Shown here: positions 28,993-37,543 of the stretch, in pieces
Layout: each line of letters opens with the position of its first letter
Numbering within the stretch: the first letter of the stretch is position 1
IMG/VR virus record: IMGVR_UViG_3300050343_000277
Location: 3,105-67,104 of that record
Strand: one strand, 5' to 3'
Length of the DNA: 64,000 nucleotides
Source: a virus
Program-made: the position numbers and the translations under genes
The notes under the pieces: model-generated
Seen by the model: the letters and a program-made list of their open reading frames with translations, nothing else
What the model was told of the DNA's origin: nothing
Database searches by the model: none

Positions 28993-29301
28993 ATGTCAAT
29001 CGAGTGGGCTGCTGGCCTATTCGAAGGTGAAGGCTATATAAGAAAATTTAGTCCGCTTAAGCACGACTATTCTGTTCATATAAAAATGACAGACTTAGAT
29101 ATCCTAGAACGTTTCGAAGAAATGTTTGGCGGAACAATTAAACGTCGTCCACTTACTGCTGCTCATCACAAGCCCATATGGGATTGGAGATTAGGCACTA
29201 AAGCTAAAGTTAAAAACTTTCTTCTTTTAATGCTTCCACATTTCGGATATCGCCGCACATATTTAGCTCAAAATTTACTTGATGCTATGGACGCCTGCTA
29301 A
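28993..29301 (+). CDS. single-motif LAGLIDADG endonuclease-like protein
   Basis: WAAGLFEGEG, MTDLDIL..F...FGG. Confidence 0.75.
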   Translation: MSIEWAAGLFEGEGYIRKFSPLKHDYSVHIKMTDLDILERFEEMFGGTIKRRPLTAAHHKPIWDWRLGTKAKVKNFLLLMLPHFGYRRTYLAQNLLDAMDAC

Positions 29302-29316
29302 CGCAGGCTTCTTTTT
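29293..29316 (+). terminator. intrinsic terminator, cTAACg loop
   Basis: gcctgc-taac-gcaggc-ttcttttt. Confidence 0.7.
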
Positions 29317-29357
29317 CACTTTTTTCATACAATAGAAGTAGTATTTATGTCAGTTAA

Positions 29358-30158
29358 ATGGATATACTTGGCAGTGTTAACCGGTTTGCCGGAGGCATTT
29401 ATGGGAAAGTCAGTGACGCTGTAAGGCAAGTCCTGCCGCAACCTCCTACGCCTATGGCTCAAAAAGCCGTACCTGTAAGCAACGTAAGTCGTCCTAATAT
29501 TCCACCAGATGTTGAAACACTACATGATGGATTTACAACATACAAGATGAATGATTTGTCTAATGGATCCATTACCCCAATGCCAAGGACATCTGCATCT
29601 GCATTGACTGGCAATTATATTGTTGAAACCGGTGATCCAACACTTAGCAAAACTGACGTTGTTGAAGTAGACGCAGGTGCAGGCCGAGGATTAGCTCAGT
29701 ACACCCACGCTCGACGCGGTCCTTATGATCAAGGACGTCTTGCTTACATCGAAAAAGGTGGTGACCCTAACGATATGGCAGGGTTTCAAATGCCACACGC
29801 AGCCCGTGAATATAACGGTGATTACGACCCTGCCTCAGGCGCAAGCCTTTCTGGCTTCACAGGAGCACTTAGTGGCGAGACAGATGGTATGAACCTGCCT
29901 CAAGCTACCACTCACTTCCGTAAAGACTTCTTCCGACCTAACGTTCCTCATAACGATCGAAGAATTGATGCAGCACAGCACGTTGATTCAATGATCCGGC
30001 AAAGAGATCAACGGTTGCAAGATCTATCTCAAAAAGCTGAGTTAAATAACGGAGGTCTGTATATCATTGGTGAACGTGGCAGAGATGGCCGTTATTGGGC
30101 CGGTGATGATTTTGGATGGCAATCACCTGCCAGCTATAAAAAGCTTATTGGTTATTAA
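29358..30158 (+). CDS. phage tail lysozyme (Phage_lysozyme2)-like domain protein
   Basis: ASALTGNYIVETG...GRGLAQYT..RR...F.RP......RR..A. Confidence 0.65.
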   Translation: MDILGSVNRFAGGIYGKVSDAVRQVLPQPPTPMAQKAVPVSNVSRPNIPPDVETLHDGFTTYKMNDLSNGSITPMPRTSASALTGNYIVETGDPTLSKTDVVEVDAGAGRGLAQYTHARRGPYDQGRLAYIEKGGDPNDMAGFQMPHAAREYNGDYDPASGASLSGFTGALSGETDGMNLPQATTHFRKDFFRPNVPHNDRRIDAAQHVDSMIRQRDQRLQDLSQKAELNNGGLYIIGERGRDGRYWAGDDFGWQSPASYKKLIGY

Positions 30159-30463
30159 TCGTAAATATCGTAGATGTTATCTTCCATATCAGGTCTTAGA
30201 TCCTTAGCTCGTTGCTTATCAGCACCAATCTGACGCTGCCTTTCTTGCTGAATGCCGAGACCTTGTGTCATGCCACCAGTGCCAGGTGTTTGAGTTGTTG
30301 TACGTTCTTGACGTTTACCTTCGTAATCCATTTGCCCTTTGTAAGCACGTAAATAACTCTGAGCTCTCTCTTCGCTGCTCTTACCGCCGCCAGTGCGCAA
30401 ATCACGCCTGTCTTTCATATTTAACCGACGTTGATCAATCGGCGCATTCCTAAAAGCAGACAC
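30155..30463 (-). CDS. hypothetical protein
   Basis: 102-aa GTG ORF. Confidence 0.65.
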   Translation of the reverse strand: MSAFRNAPIDQRRLNMKDRRDLRTGGGKSSEERAQSYLRAYKGQMDYEGKRQERTTTQTPGTGGMTQGLGIQQERQRQIGADKQRAKDLRPDMEDNIYDIYD

Positions 30464-30470
30464 TATGATT

Positions 30471-30644
30471 TCACGGCTTTTCTACCATTATAAGTGGTTC
30501 TTTAGGAGCAGGTTCTGCAAAGAAGCAAGTAATCCAGTCTGCATCCCTTTCCAATAATTCAGCAGACAAAGCCTCTTCAAGCATATTGATTGCAGCAATC
30601 TGATGTGGCTCTTTGTAATGCTTAAAGATCTGAGTTAAGTGCAT
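30471..30644 (-). CDS. 57-aa protein resembling the N-terminal domain of 37544..38254 (not in ORF track)
   Basis: MHLTQIFKHYKEPHQIAAINMLEEALSAELLERDADWITCFF... Confidence 0.6.
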   Translation of the reverse strand: MHLTQIFKHYKEPHQIAAINMLEEALSAELLERDADWITCFFAEPAPKEPLIMVEKP

Positions 30645-30871
30645 CAAACGCCAATAGCTGACTGAAGATCTTTAACTGCTTTTGCAACAGGTGCAACAAT
30701 CATCATTGTCTTCTTTGGTGCATCGGCTTCTGACTGCTCAATAACACTCGCCACATTTTCAATTTTATTCTCTAAAGCGGTGAGCTTAGCTTCCACTTCC
30801 TTAGATTTATAATCAGTAAACTTCATGCTCACAAGAAGTGCCAAAATGGGCCCAATGATTACGTATTCCAT
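30644..30871 (-). CDS. N-terminal TM + coiled-coil protein
   Basis: Hydrophobic N-terminus followed by heptads. Confidence 0.7.
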   Translation of the reverse strand: MEYVIIGPILALLVSMKFTDYKSKEVEAKLTALENKIENVASVIEQSEADAPKKTMMIVAPVAKAVKDLQSAIGV

Positions 30872-30905
30872 ATTTATATCTAAACTAAAATTAGTCTAAT
30901 ATAAA

Positions 30906-31232
30906 TCACATCATAGTGAGACCGTCATCATCGATATCGTCAATCTCCCAACCCTCATCCATAATGTCAGAAGGGAGCATATCGTCCTGCATTTTCAATA
31001 GTTCAATGAAAGTATCTTCAGAAATAATTTCAGGCATTCCTTGCTGAAGTTCTTGTACTTTAAATAAAATACCGTTACCCATTAGCAATTCCTGTACTCC
31101 ATTCTTTTGTTCCATACGAGACTTGAGCAACCGTACAGCGGTTTTCTCCAGCGCACCTCGGCTCATACGAGTTACTTCATATCGCGCTCGCTGTAAGGCA
31201 AACCTCTGTTCGATTGTCAATTCGTTCGTCAT
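30906..31232 (-). CDS. NblA-like phycobilisome degradation adaptor with acidic extension
   Basis: ELTIEQRFAL......V..MSR..L......L....M...N....LL pattern. Confidence 0.6.
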   Translation of the reverse strand: MTNELTIEQRFALQRARYEVTRMSRGALEKTAVRLLKSRMEQKNGVQELLMGNGILFKVQELQQGMPEIISEDTFIELLKMQDDMLPSDIMDEGWEIDDIDDDGLTMM

Positions 31233-31572
31233 AATCATCTAATTCAATACGCTTGTTAGCAATCCATTCTTCAATAAGCTCTTGTGCAACAGCATTATAA
31301 AAAGACTGTTGTTGGTACCAGGATAGCCATAATTCACTTCCTTTGGAGTGATTGCATTGTCTGCAACATGGCACTAAATTTGACCTTAAATTACTTCCAC
31401 CTTTGCAGCGTGGTTTCAAATGATCAAGAGTGTCAGCTCTTCTTATTCGGCAATAAGCACATAATCCTCCAAAACTGTAACGAATGTCTTCTCTAAACTG
31501 TCGCTTTGCGGAGCCTTTACTAAGGCACTGGAGATTGAACATAAGTTCCCCCCAATCTTCTGCGTATCCCAT
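31177..31572 (-). CDS. HNH endonuclease (McrA-like)
   Basis: CAYC...TLDHLKPRCKGGSNLRSNLVPCCRQCNHSKG. Confidence 0.9.
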   Translation of the reverse strand: MGYAEDWGELMFNLQCLSKGSAKRQFREDIRYSFGGLCAYCRIRRADTLDHLKPRCKGGSNLRSNLVPCCRQCNHSKGSELWLSWYQQQSFYNAVAQELIEEWIANKRIELDDYDERIDNRTEVCLTASAI

Positions 31573-31623
31573 TTAGTTGTTGTTAGCAACTTAAATTTAG
31601 TCTAACTAGGCAATGAATCTTTA

Positions 31624-32018
31624 TTAAAGAGTATTATTTTTAGGCTTGAAGGTGAGTCGCATCTCTCCACCTAATGGGGTTTCACCATTTATTTTTTCTG
31701 AAAATTCTACCGTTGGTTCTTCTTCAGGCTGCATGGCAAGCCACTCTTCTTCAGCAGCATCAAGCTTGTGAGGAAGAGTTGCGTAAAACTTACGTGCCTG
31801 TATTAAACGCCTTAAGCGTTCAGCATTACCTAGAGTGTCAAACGTAAATATCCACTGACCATCGTCAGGGATGTTTAGATCTTTTTTCCTGGCTTAAGTG
31901 ATTTCAATGTATGAAATACAAGCTGAATGATTGAATTGTCTTTCAGGGGACTTAGAGCAATGATTTCACTAGCTGCCGCCAAGATGATCCAAAATACTGC
32001 TGATTCAAGAATAGCCAT
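31624..32018 (-). CDS. holin-like membrane peptide (31875..32018, 47 aa) with predicted -1 frameshift extension to 31624 (~131 aa)
   Basis: MAILESAVFWIILAAASEIIALSPLKDNSIIQLVFHTLKSLKPGKKI*; A_AAA_AAG at 31887-31881 plus hairpin; -1 frame open for 85 more codons. Confidence 0.65.
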
Positions 32019-32047
32019 AACATGTTAGTAACTACTCCTATTCTATA

Positions 32048-32158
32048 AACCACGCAAACTGCACTTAACCACGCTCATCCCTATAAACTTATCCCCTTAT
32101 TCCCTCTCTATAGAGATTTATATATGCAGTTTATAGAGAGTAGTGTAGTAAGCGTGGT
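32048..32158. repeat. long-range inverted repeat element, copy B
   Basis: Reverse complement of copy A core (33/34 nt). Confidence 0.85.
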
Positions 32159-32228
32159 ATTGAATTATCTTGTTGCCAGCGACTCCAAAACAGCTATAGT
32201 CTTAGTGGGCAAATGATTGCATATATAA

Positions 32229-32453
32229 ATGACTAAAGGATTATTGCGACCAGCAGAGGTCTGTCAGCTACTTGCTGTTTCAAGTAAGACTCTGCAGCGG
32301 TGGCGTCACTCAGGTCGATTGATGAAAGGAGTGCATTACCAGCAGTTTGGTAGTCACACCATTAGGTACGACAAAACTTGGATGCTCGATTTTGCTGAGT
32401 CTGGTGGTCGAGGCAGTCACAAGCTGAAGATTGCCGAGTATCTCAGACACTAA
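32229..32453 (+). CDS. excisionase/AlpA-like HTH protein
   Basis: LLRPAEVCQLLAVSSKTLQRWRHSG...IRY; convergent with the integrase. Confidence 0.8.
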   Translation: MTKGLLRPAEVCQLLAVSSKTLQRWRHSGRLMKGVHYQQFGSHTIRYDKTWMLDFAESGGRGSHKLKIAEYLRH

Positions 32454-34026
32454 TTGAGCTAGCGAGCTGGGCCATCAACTGAGCCTTTTCAGCAACACTC
32501 ATGGAATTAATCATGGTGCTCAGGTCGGGCTTGCCTTCTACCTTATCCATAAGAGGAAAATTGACTACACCTAAGTACTTGCTTCTAGTAGTGCTTTCTG
32601 TATCGCCAATCCAAGTAGCTACCTGCTTGCAGCTGTACTGACCATGATGAACCATTAATGAGACATAGGTGTGCCGAAGGTTATAGGGCCTGCGGTAACG
32701 AACACCTGAATAAGCACATGCCTGCATAAAGTACCTTCTGAAGTTATGCCAATCAAACGGAAGCCTAAAGTCATCTTTTGCCTTTGGTCCCTGAAATACT
32801 AAGTTTTTACGCCAGTCTCTATTTGTCATGCATTCCAGAACTGGTGGTAATGCTGCCTTTATTGCTTTGGCGAACAGGTCTTCAAACTCAGGCACATAGG
32901 AATTCAGCAAAGGCTGATGCTCACATCCATTCTTGACGCATTTGAAACGCTGTTCAGGTTCAATATGTAATCTATTCCTTCTATCAACTCCAAACTCGAA
33001 AAATACAGGCTGACCATCTAGAACAAACTTCTGTGCAGCAGGTACATGAGTGCCAATTTGATGCCCTTTCCACAGCCCCATAACGTGGCTCCACCTCAAC
33101 GCCAGTACTTCGTTTGGGCGACTGCCTGTAGATAGCAACAACGCAAATAACGGGAAGTACGGCTTCAAGTGCTCATGACGTAAGAATGCTTTGGTTAGCG
33201 CTGTGCATTCTTCTTGTGTAAATGGCTGAGGGCGTGAGTTCTCGTCTTTCAAACGATTATCAGCAATTATCGAATCAACGCGCTTACGTTCATTGTTAAT
33301 AGGGTTGCCTCGGCCTTCGCTGTCAACAGCGCCCCAGTACTGCCCTCGCCTGACACCAGTTGACTTAGGAAACTTGGCACCTCTTGATAGAGCGGCTGAT
33401 AGAAGAGCGAATGCTCCTCTTAAGGTTGTATAAGCACGGCCTGCCTTTATCCATTCAAAGTGCATCTGGTCAGCGATGTCTTCATCTAGATCTTCTGCAT
33501 TGATATGGCCAAAGAATTCTCCATTCTTACTTTCCATTCTTAGCAACGTGTAAGCGTCTGCTCCATATTTATCTCTTTGATTATCAGATCCTGTCTCCTC
33601 TGACATATACCAACGCAAGCAATGTCCTAAAGTTCCGTGAGGATAATTGCGATTAATGTGCTTACGCTTCTCATGTCTAACGTTAAGTTCTCCCATCCAG
33701 TAGCCATTCTGCATTTCTTCCAAAACCCCTTGGAAGAGCAAAAACTTCTCTGGAAATTTTTGCAAGTATTTTAGTGCATCTTCTTTGCTTGTAATCTCTA
33801 TCGGGCATTGAAGATCAAGACTACGAGCAACTACTGGTCGTGCTCGTGAGTGATCTCTTGCTCGGAGACGGAAGCTTCTTGAGTTGCTTTCAATCTCTAA
33901 CGCCAAAGAGCGTGACTTGCCGTGACGGGTAGGTAGATCGACTTTATAAATTTGTCCTTTTGCAGGAGCCATAAGCTGAGACCACTTGGGAGCTATTTCC
34001 TCCACCGGATGTACTTGACGTGGCAT
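32443..34026 (-). CDS. int: tyrosine recombinase/integrase
   Basis: TGSRPNEVLALRW (R), VKNG (K), YNLRHTY, WIGD and SKYLG (Y). Confidence 0.92.
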   Translation of the reverse strand: MPRQVHPVEEIAPKWSQLMAPAKGQIYKVDLPTRHGKSRSLALEIESNSRSFRLRARDHSRARPVVARSLDLQCPIEITSKEDALKYLQKFPEKFLLFQGVLEEMQNGYWMGELNVRHEKRKHINRNYPHGTLGHCLRWYMSEETGSDNQRDKYGADAYTLLRMESKNGEFFGHINAEDLDEDIADQMHFEWIKAGRAYTTLRGAFALLSAALSRGAKFPKSTGVRRGQYWGAVDSEGRGNPINNERKRVDSIIADNRLKDENSRPQPFTQEECTALTKAFLRHEHLKPYFPLFALLLSTGSRPNEVLALRWSHVMGLWKGHQIGTHVPAAQKFVLDGQPVFFEFGVDRRNRLHIEPEQRFKCVKNGCEHQPLLNSYVPEFEDLFAKAIKAALPPVLECMTNRDWRKNLVFQGPKAKDDFRLPFDWHNFRRYFMQACAYSGVRYRRPYNLRHTYVSLMVHHGQYSCKQVATWIGDTESTTRSKYLGVVNFPLMDKVEGKPDLSTMINSMSVAEKAQLMAQLASSISV

Positions 34027-34214
34027 CTAATCAACTCTGAAAAGCAGAATTGAGGCCAAGTCAGTGGGTGAAGTTGGCGGTAGTTGTCTCAGTTTGACCT
34101 GATTTGCCCTACCACTTAACAGTTGAGATCCCAGTCTATGACTTGTTTTATGCAACTGTGTGCACAAAATGCCATTTACATGACAAGCTAGTCATAGCCT
34201 GCGATTCTGAACCG

Positions 34215-34248
34215 CTCTACCAGAACTCTACCAGTGCACCTCTACCAG
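34215..34248 (+). repeat. CTCTACCAG direct repeat x3 (candidate integrase arm sites)
   Basis: Copies at 34215, 34226 and 34240; inverted copy at 34330-34338. Confidence 0.6.
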
Positions 34249-34314
34249 TCAAGCAAAGAAGATTTAGAGGGGGCTGGGATGGTAGAATCACCCTGCGCTA
34301 AAGAAAGCGAGCAC

Positions 34315-34387
34315 GGGGCTTTAGCTCAGCTGGTAGAGCACTTGCATGGCATGCAAGGGGTCAGCGGTTCGAATCCGCTAAGCTCCA
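34315..34387 (+). tRNA. tRNA-Ala(GGC)
   Basis: Acceptor GGGGCTT/AAGCTCC with G3-U70; anticodon loop ATGGCAT; GGTTCGAATCC T arm. Confidence 0.95.
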
Positions 34388-34529
34388 TAAACACATAGTT
34401 AACTACAGTTAGCTAATATAATTAAGAAACTCGAAGAAGAACTACGTCAGAGTTTCGCATTGGGTTGTGGCGTTTTTTGTAGTTTCCAGCCACATAATTG
34501 ATAACTCTTCCATCTAGCTATTGGAGGGG

Positions 34530-34958
34530 TTACCCCTTAACAGCTTTTCGCTCTTCCCAGTACTGGCCGACTAGAAAAGGTTTTCCGTTGCGATATCCAA
34601 CTGTCTGACGAAGGCGATGATTGTCATCATCAAGCAGACGGATCTCTTCACGGAATTCCATACCGTCATATGCGCTATGTAATACGACCGTATCTTCGTC
34701 AAGCAGTGTCAGCTTGCTGTCGTTGGGCTCATCACTGAAGTAACCAATATCACGGTGTAGCACGTCACCGTCGATTGTAAGATTCATGTCGCCCGAACTA
34801 ACATCACCATTCCATGTGATATTAACTTTATCGTCATTCACGGTGATTGAGAATTCAGTGTTGTATGAATCATCTTTATGAGCAGGTAACGAGAGATATC
34901 TACGGTAAGACTTCCAATCTCCCTGACAGCGTGAAAACCAACTAGAAAAATTTGCCAC
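34530..34958 (-). CDS. CpcS/CpeS-family (S/U-type) phycobiliprotein lyase-like protein
   Basis: F.RCQGDWKSYRRY, LHRDIGY..DEP, FREEIRL...NHRLRQT and GQYWEER motifs. Confidence 0.72.
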   Translation of the reverse strand: MANFSSWFSRCQGDWKSYRRYLSLPAHKDDSYNTEFSITVNDDKVNITWNGDVSSGDMNLTIDGDVLHRDIGYFSDEPNDSKLTLLDEDTVVLHSAYDGMEFREEIRLLDDDNHRLRQTVGYRNGKPFLVGQYWEERKAVKG

Positions 34959-35024
34959 GTTATATTAACAACTAGCCTTATCATAGTTGTTTATTAACGC
35001 TTATTGTAAGTAAAAAACTTAGGA

Positions 35025-36110
35025 CTAATCGCTAGTAGGCAAAGCAGCGGTTGGAGGATTGAAGCCAGTTGTATACCGCTCAAAACTAGAGATTCTTACA
35101 TCGTCGATAAAATAATCATTCCGGAAAGCGTCTCCAAACGACATAGAACTAGAAGTTGTGCTAGAAATATTATTACCACTTACTGTTCCTTTTGCTGTCC
35201 CATCTATGTAAAATGTTATTACACCAGAAGTTGCATTCCTTGAAAATACAATGTGACGCCAAGTTTGTGTACTAAAGGAAAAATTCCCAAAAGATTGTGT
35301 GCCATCAGAATCGGTGAACCTAAAAGTTACTGTATTACTTCCATTTGTTGCCACATACTGAAAACGTGTACTGCCGTATTCAAATAAACTTACAGTATGC
35401 GTGTTGCTAGAACCACTGACATGAGTATCAAGATATAGCCAAAATTCTATAGTAAATGCACTAGTAAGAAAATTAGGTACGGAGCTATAAGAGAGTCTAC
35501 CTTGCTCTAATTTTGCCGAATGGGTGCCAAACTTTTTAGGGCTTCCAACACGGGATATGTAGTTGGCGTCAAATGCTGCATTGTAGCTATTATCTGATTG
35601 GTCCGCAAGGTTCGTATCGAATGTGAGTCGCAAAATGACCTGATCCCAGTCAGTATCAGGATCTCCTGCTGCTGGAGGTACGTCAACTAGATAAAGCTTT
35701 CGCCAATTACTTCCATCGTAAAAATATGGGCGGTTATCACTTGTTAATGCACAAAGATCGCCAAAGTTTAAATTAGTAGTTGGAAGTGCACTGAGAGAAG
35801 GCAGTCCTATTTTAGATGCTGTCAGCCTTCCAATACTAATATCATTGGTAGTAGTTGATCCTCTTCCGGTAACGTCATCAAGAGTGCTTGACTCTGGATC
35901 AGCAGTAATTGTGACATTGCCTGTCGTTGGATCTACAGAAATTCCATTACCTGCGGTTATGCTATTAACACCAGAACTACCGCCACCTGCAAAAGTAATA
36001 TCCAGTTCTAAAAATTGACTACCGACAGCATCTGTGAAGAACTTTTCAGTTCTATAGTTGTAATAAACTTCCGCATAACCTAAGGCTTTGTTTGCATTAT
36101 TAATCATCAA
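35025..36110 (-). CDS. LamG/concanavalin-like domain virion protein
   Basis: FTIEFW, WRHIVFSR, YIDG and FIDDVRIS..RYT..F.PP motifs. Confidence 0.8.
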   Translation of the reverse strand: MMINNANKALGYAEVYYNYRTEKFFTDAVGSQFLELDITFAGGGSSGVNSITAGNGISVDPTTGNVTITADPESSTLDDVTGRGSTTTNDISIGRLTASKIGLPSLSALPTTNLNFGDLCALTSDNRPYFYDGSNWRKLYLVDVPPAAGDPDTDWDQVILRLTFDTNLADQSDNSYNAAFDANYISRVGSPKKFGTHSAKLEQGRLSYSSVPNFLTSAFTIEFWLYLDTHVSGSSNTHTVSLFEYGSTRFQYVATNGSNTVTFRFTDSDGTQSFGNFSFSTQTWRHIVFSRNATSGVITFYIDGTAKGTVSGNNISSTTSSSMSFGDAFRNDYFIDDVRISSFERYTTGFNPPTAALPTSD

Positions 36111-36148
36111 TCATAAGCAGTTACATTACTATTATTTTAACTAAGCTT

Positions 36149-36562
36149 TTACTTAGCATTTCTAGCTGATTTGCCTGCAGATTTTGCAGCTTTCGTGTTG
36201 GGTGTCACTTTCTGCCCACTCTTAGATGCTGCTCGTTTTTTAGCATCTGTTGCGGCTTTCTGTTTCGGCGTTAATTTACTCCAAGCCTTTTTAGGAAGAT
36301 ATCGTTTAGTCGAACCATCAGACTGCTTGGCTTTGTCACCAGCACCATCTTTAGTTTGCCATTTCTCTTTGCCCCATTTCTTGAGCTTATTAGTTTTAGA
36401 AGTAGGTTTTTTACCTGCATAACTACCGCCACTATCTTTGTAGTATTTAGTTGCCAGTTGCATCGCACGAGCACTGTGCTTGCCACCCATCTTGGCTTTA
36501 GCTCTTGATTTAGCAGCTGCCCACTTTGCTGGATCTTTCTTTTTAGCAGTTCCGTCAGCCAT
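36149..36562 (-). CDS. Lys-rich basic protein
   Basis: HSARAMQLATKYYKDSGGSY, LKKWGKEKW, RYLPKKAW. Confidence 0.8.
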   Translation of the reverse strand: MADGTAKKKDPAKWAAAKSRAKAKMGGKHSARAMQLATKYYKDSGGSYAGKKPTSKTNKLKKWGKEKWQTKDGAGDKAKQSDGSTKRYLPKKAWSKLTPKQKAATDAKKRAASKSGQKVTPNTKAAKSAGKSARNAK

Positions 36563-36628
36563 TACTTTTTACCTTTACTGTGCTTACAGCCGCAATTGCC
36601 TTTAGGTTTTACGGGTTTCTTTGCTAGT

Positions 36629-36760
36629 TTAGACATACTTTTGACCTAGTAGTTGTGGGCCATGGCTTGTTCCACCACGGGGTTTTGCTGGATAAGTTTC
36701 AGGCTTAGATGCACAACCTTCACCTGTATTTACCATTGGTTTTAATGCTTGACCTGCCAT
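36629..36760 (-). CDS. small basic peptide; a second 24-aa peptide at 36562..36636
   Basis: Coupled ORFs filling the gap between two basic-protein genes. Confidence 0.5.
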   Translation of the reverse strand: MAGQALKPMVNTGEGCASKPETYPAKPRGGTSHGPQLLGQKYV

Positions 36761-36765
36761 ACGAA

Positions 36766-37065
36766 TTAGCATTTCCACCTCGCTCGTGCTGCTTTACCAC
36801 GCTCACCTGTCCAACCACGTGATCTAGCGCAGAATGATTTCTTACGTGCACCTGCTTTTGTTCCAGGCTTACCATTAGGTGCAGGTGCCTTGAGGTTTGA
36901 TCCTGTTTTTCGGTTGATCGCTTTTCGCCCTTTTTCAGTAAGGCCTGCACCTTGTTTAACTGAAAGTTTATGGCCGCCTTTAACGGTCATGCCTTTCATA
37001 GCGCCTTTCTTTTTGCTTTTAGCAGGAGCTTTGGCTTTAGATTTTGCCGCAGTTTGTCCAGCCAT
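36766..37065 (-). CDS. Lys/Arg-rich basic protein
   Basis: GAGLTEKGR...GSNLKAP...RKKSFCAR...RWKC; ATG 37065. Confidence 0.8.
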   Translation of the reverse strand: MAGQTAAKSKAKAPAKSKKKGAMKGMTVKGGHKLSVKQGAGLTEKGRKAINRKTGSNLKAPAPNGKPGTKAGARKKSFCARSRGWTGERGKAARARWKC

Positions 37066-37209
37066 ATTAATATTTTTAAACTCTATATTTATTGTAATGG
37101 GTCCGGTTTCCCTGCAATAATTGCAACTGCACGTTTGTAAAAGTAACAATCAGTTTTATTAGCTTTTTCAAGTGCTTCTTTAACTTTGACCCAATTGTCT
37201 CTCTCGTGT

Positions 37210-37485
37210 TTATCCATTGTCTGTAAGGGTAAGAAAATCCATCTCAGCATGCATTTGATCACTTAGAGCACACACTTGTGCACAAGCACCTAAAATTAAC
37301 CCACGCTGATTTGGGCTAAGTGGTGCTGTTTCTGCGTCTTCGGATAAGACATTAGAAATATCACCTAAGCACATAATAATTGCAGGTAATCCCCACTTTT
37401 CCACTAAGTTGTGAAGTACAGACAATAAGGGGCTTTCTCCACTTTCTACAGCTTTCCAGAAGGTAGTACGTTCTTCGGGTGTCAT
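37210..37485 (-). CDS. hypothetical protein
   Basis: 91-aa ORF. Confidence 0.7.
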   Translation of the reverse strand: MTPEERTTFWKAVESGESPLLSVLHNLVEKWGLPAIIMCLGDISNVLSEDAETAPLSPNQRGLILGACAQVCALSDQMHAEMDFLTLTDNG

Positions 37486-37543
37486 AATAAAGACTCATTT
37501 ATTATATTGTAGTGGTTAGAATGCTTAAGAATAGAAATATAAA

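Noticed and set aside
32229-34387. Host-prophage junction at the tRNA
   Set aside because: Phage genes continue on both sides; no host housekeeping synteny.
36560-36572. Third frameshift at GGT AAA AAG TAA TG
   Set aside because: Heptamer is T_AAA_AAG (imperfect), and the downstream ORF has its own ATG in a TAATG overlap.
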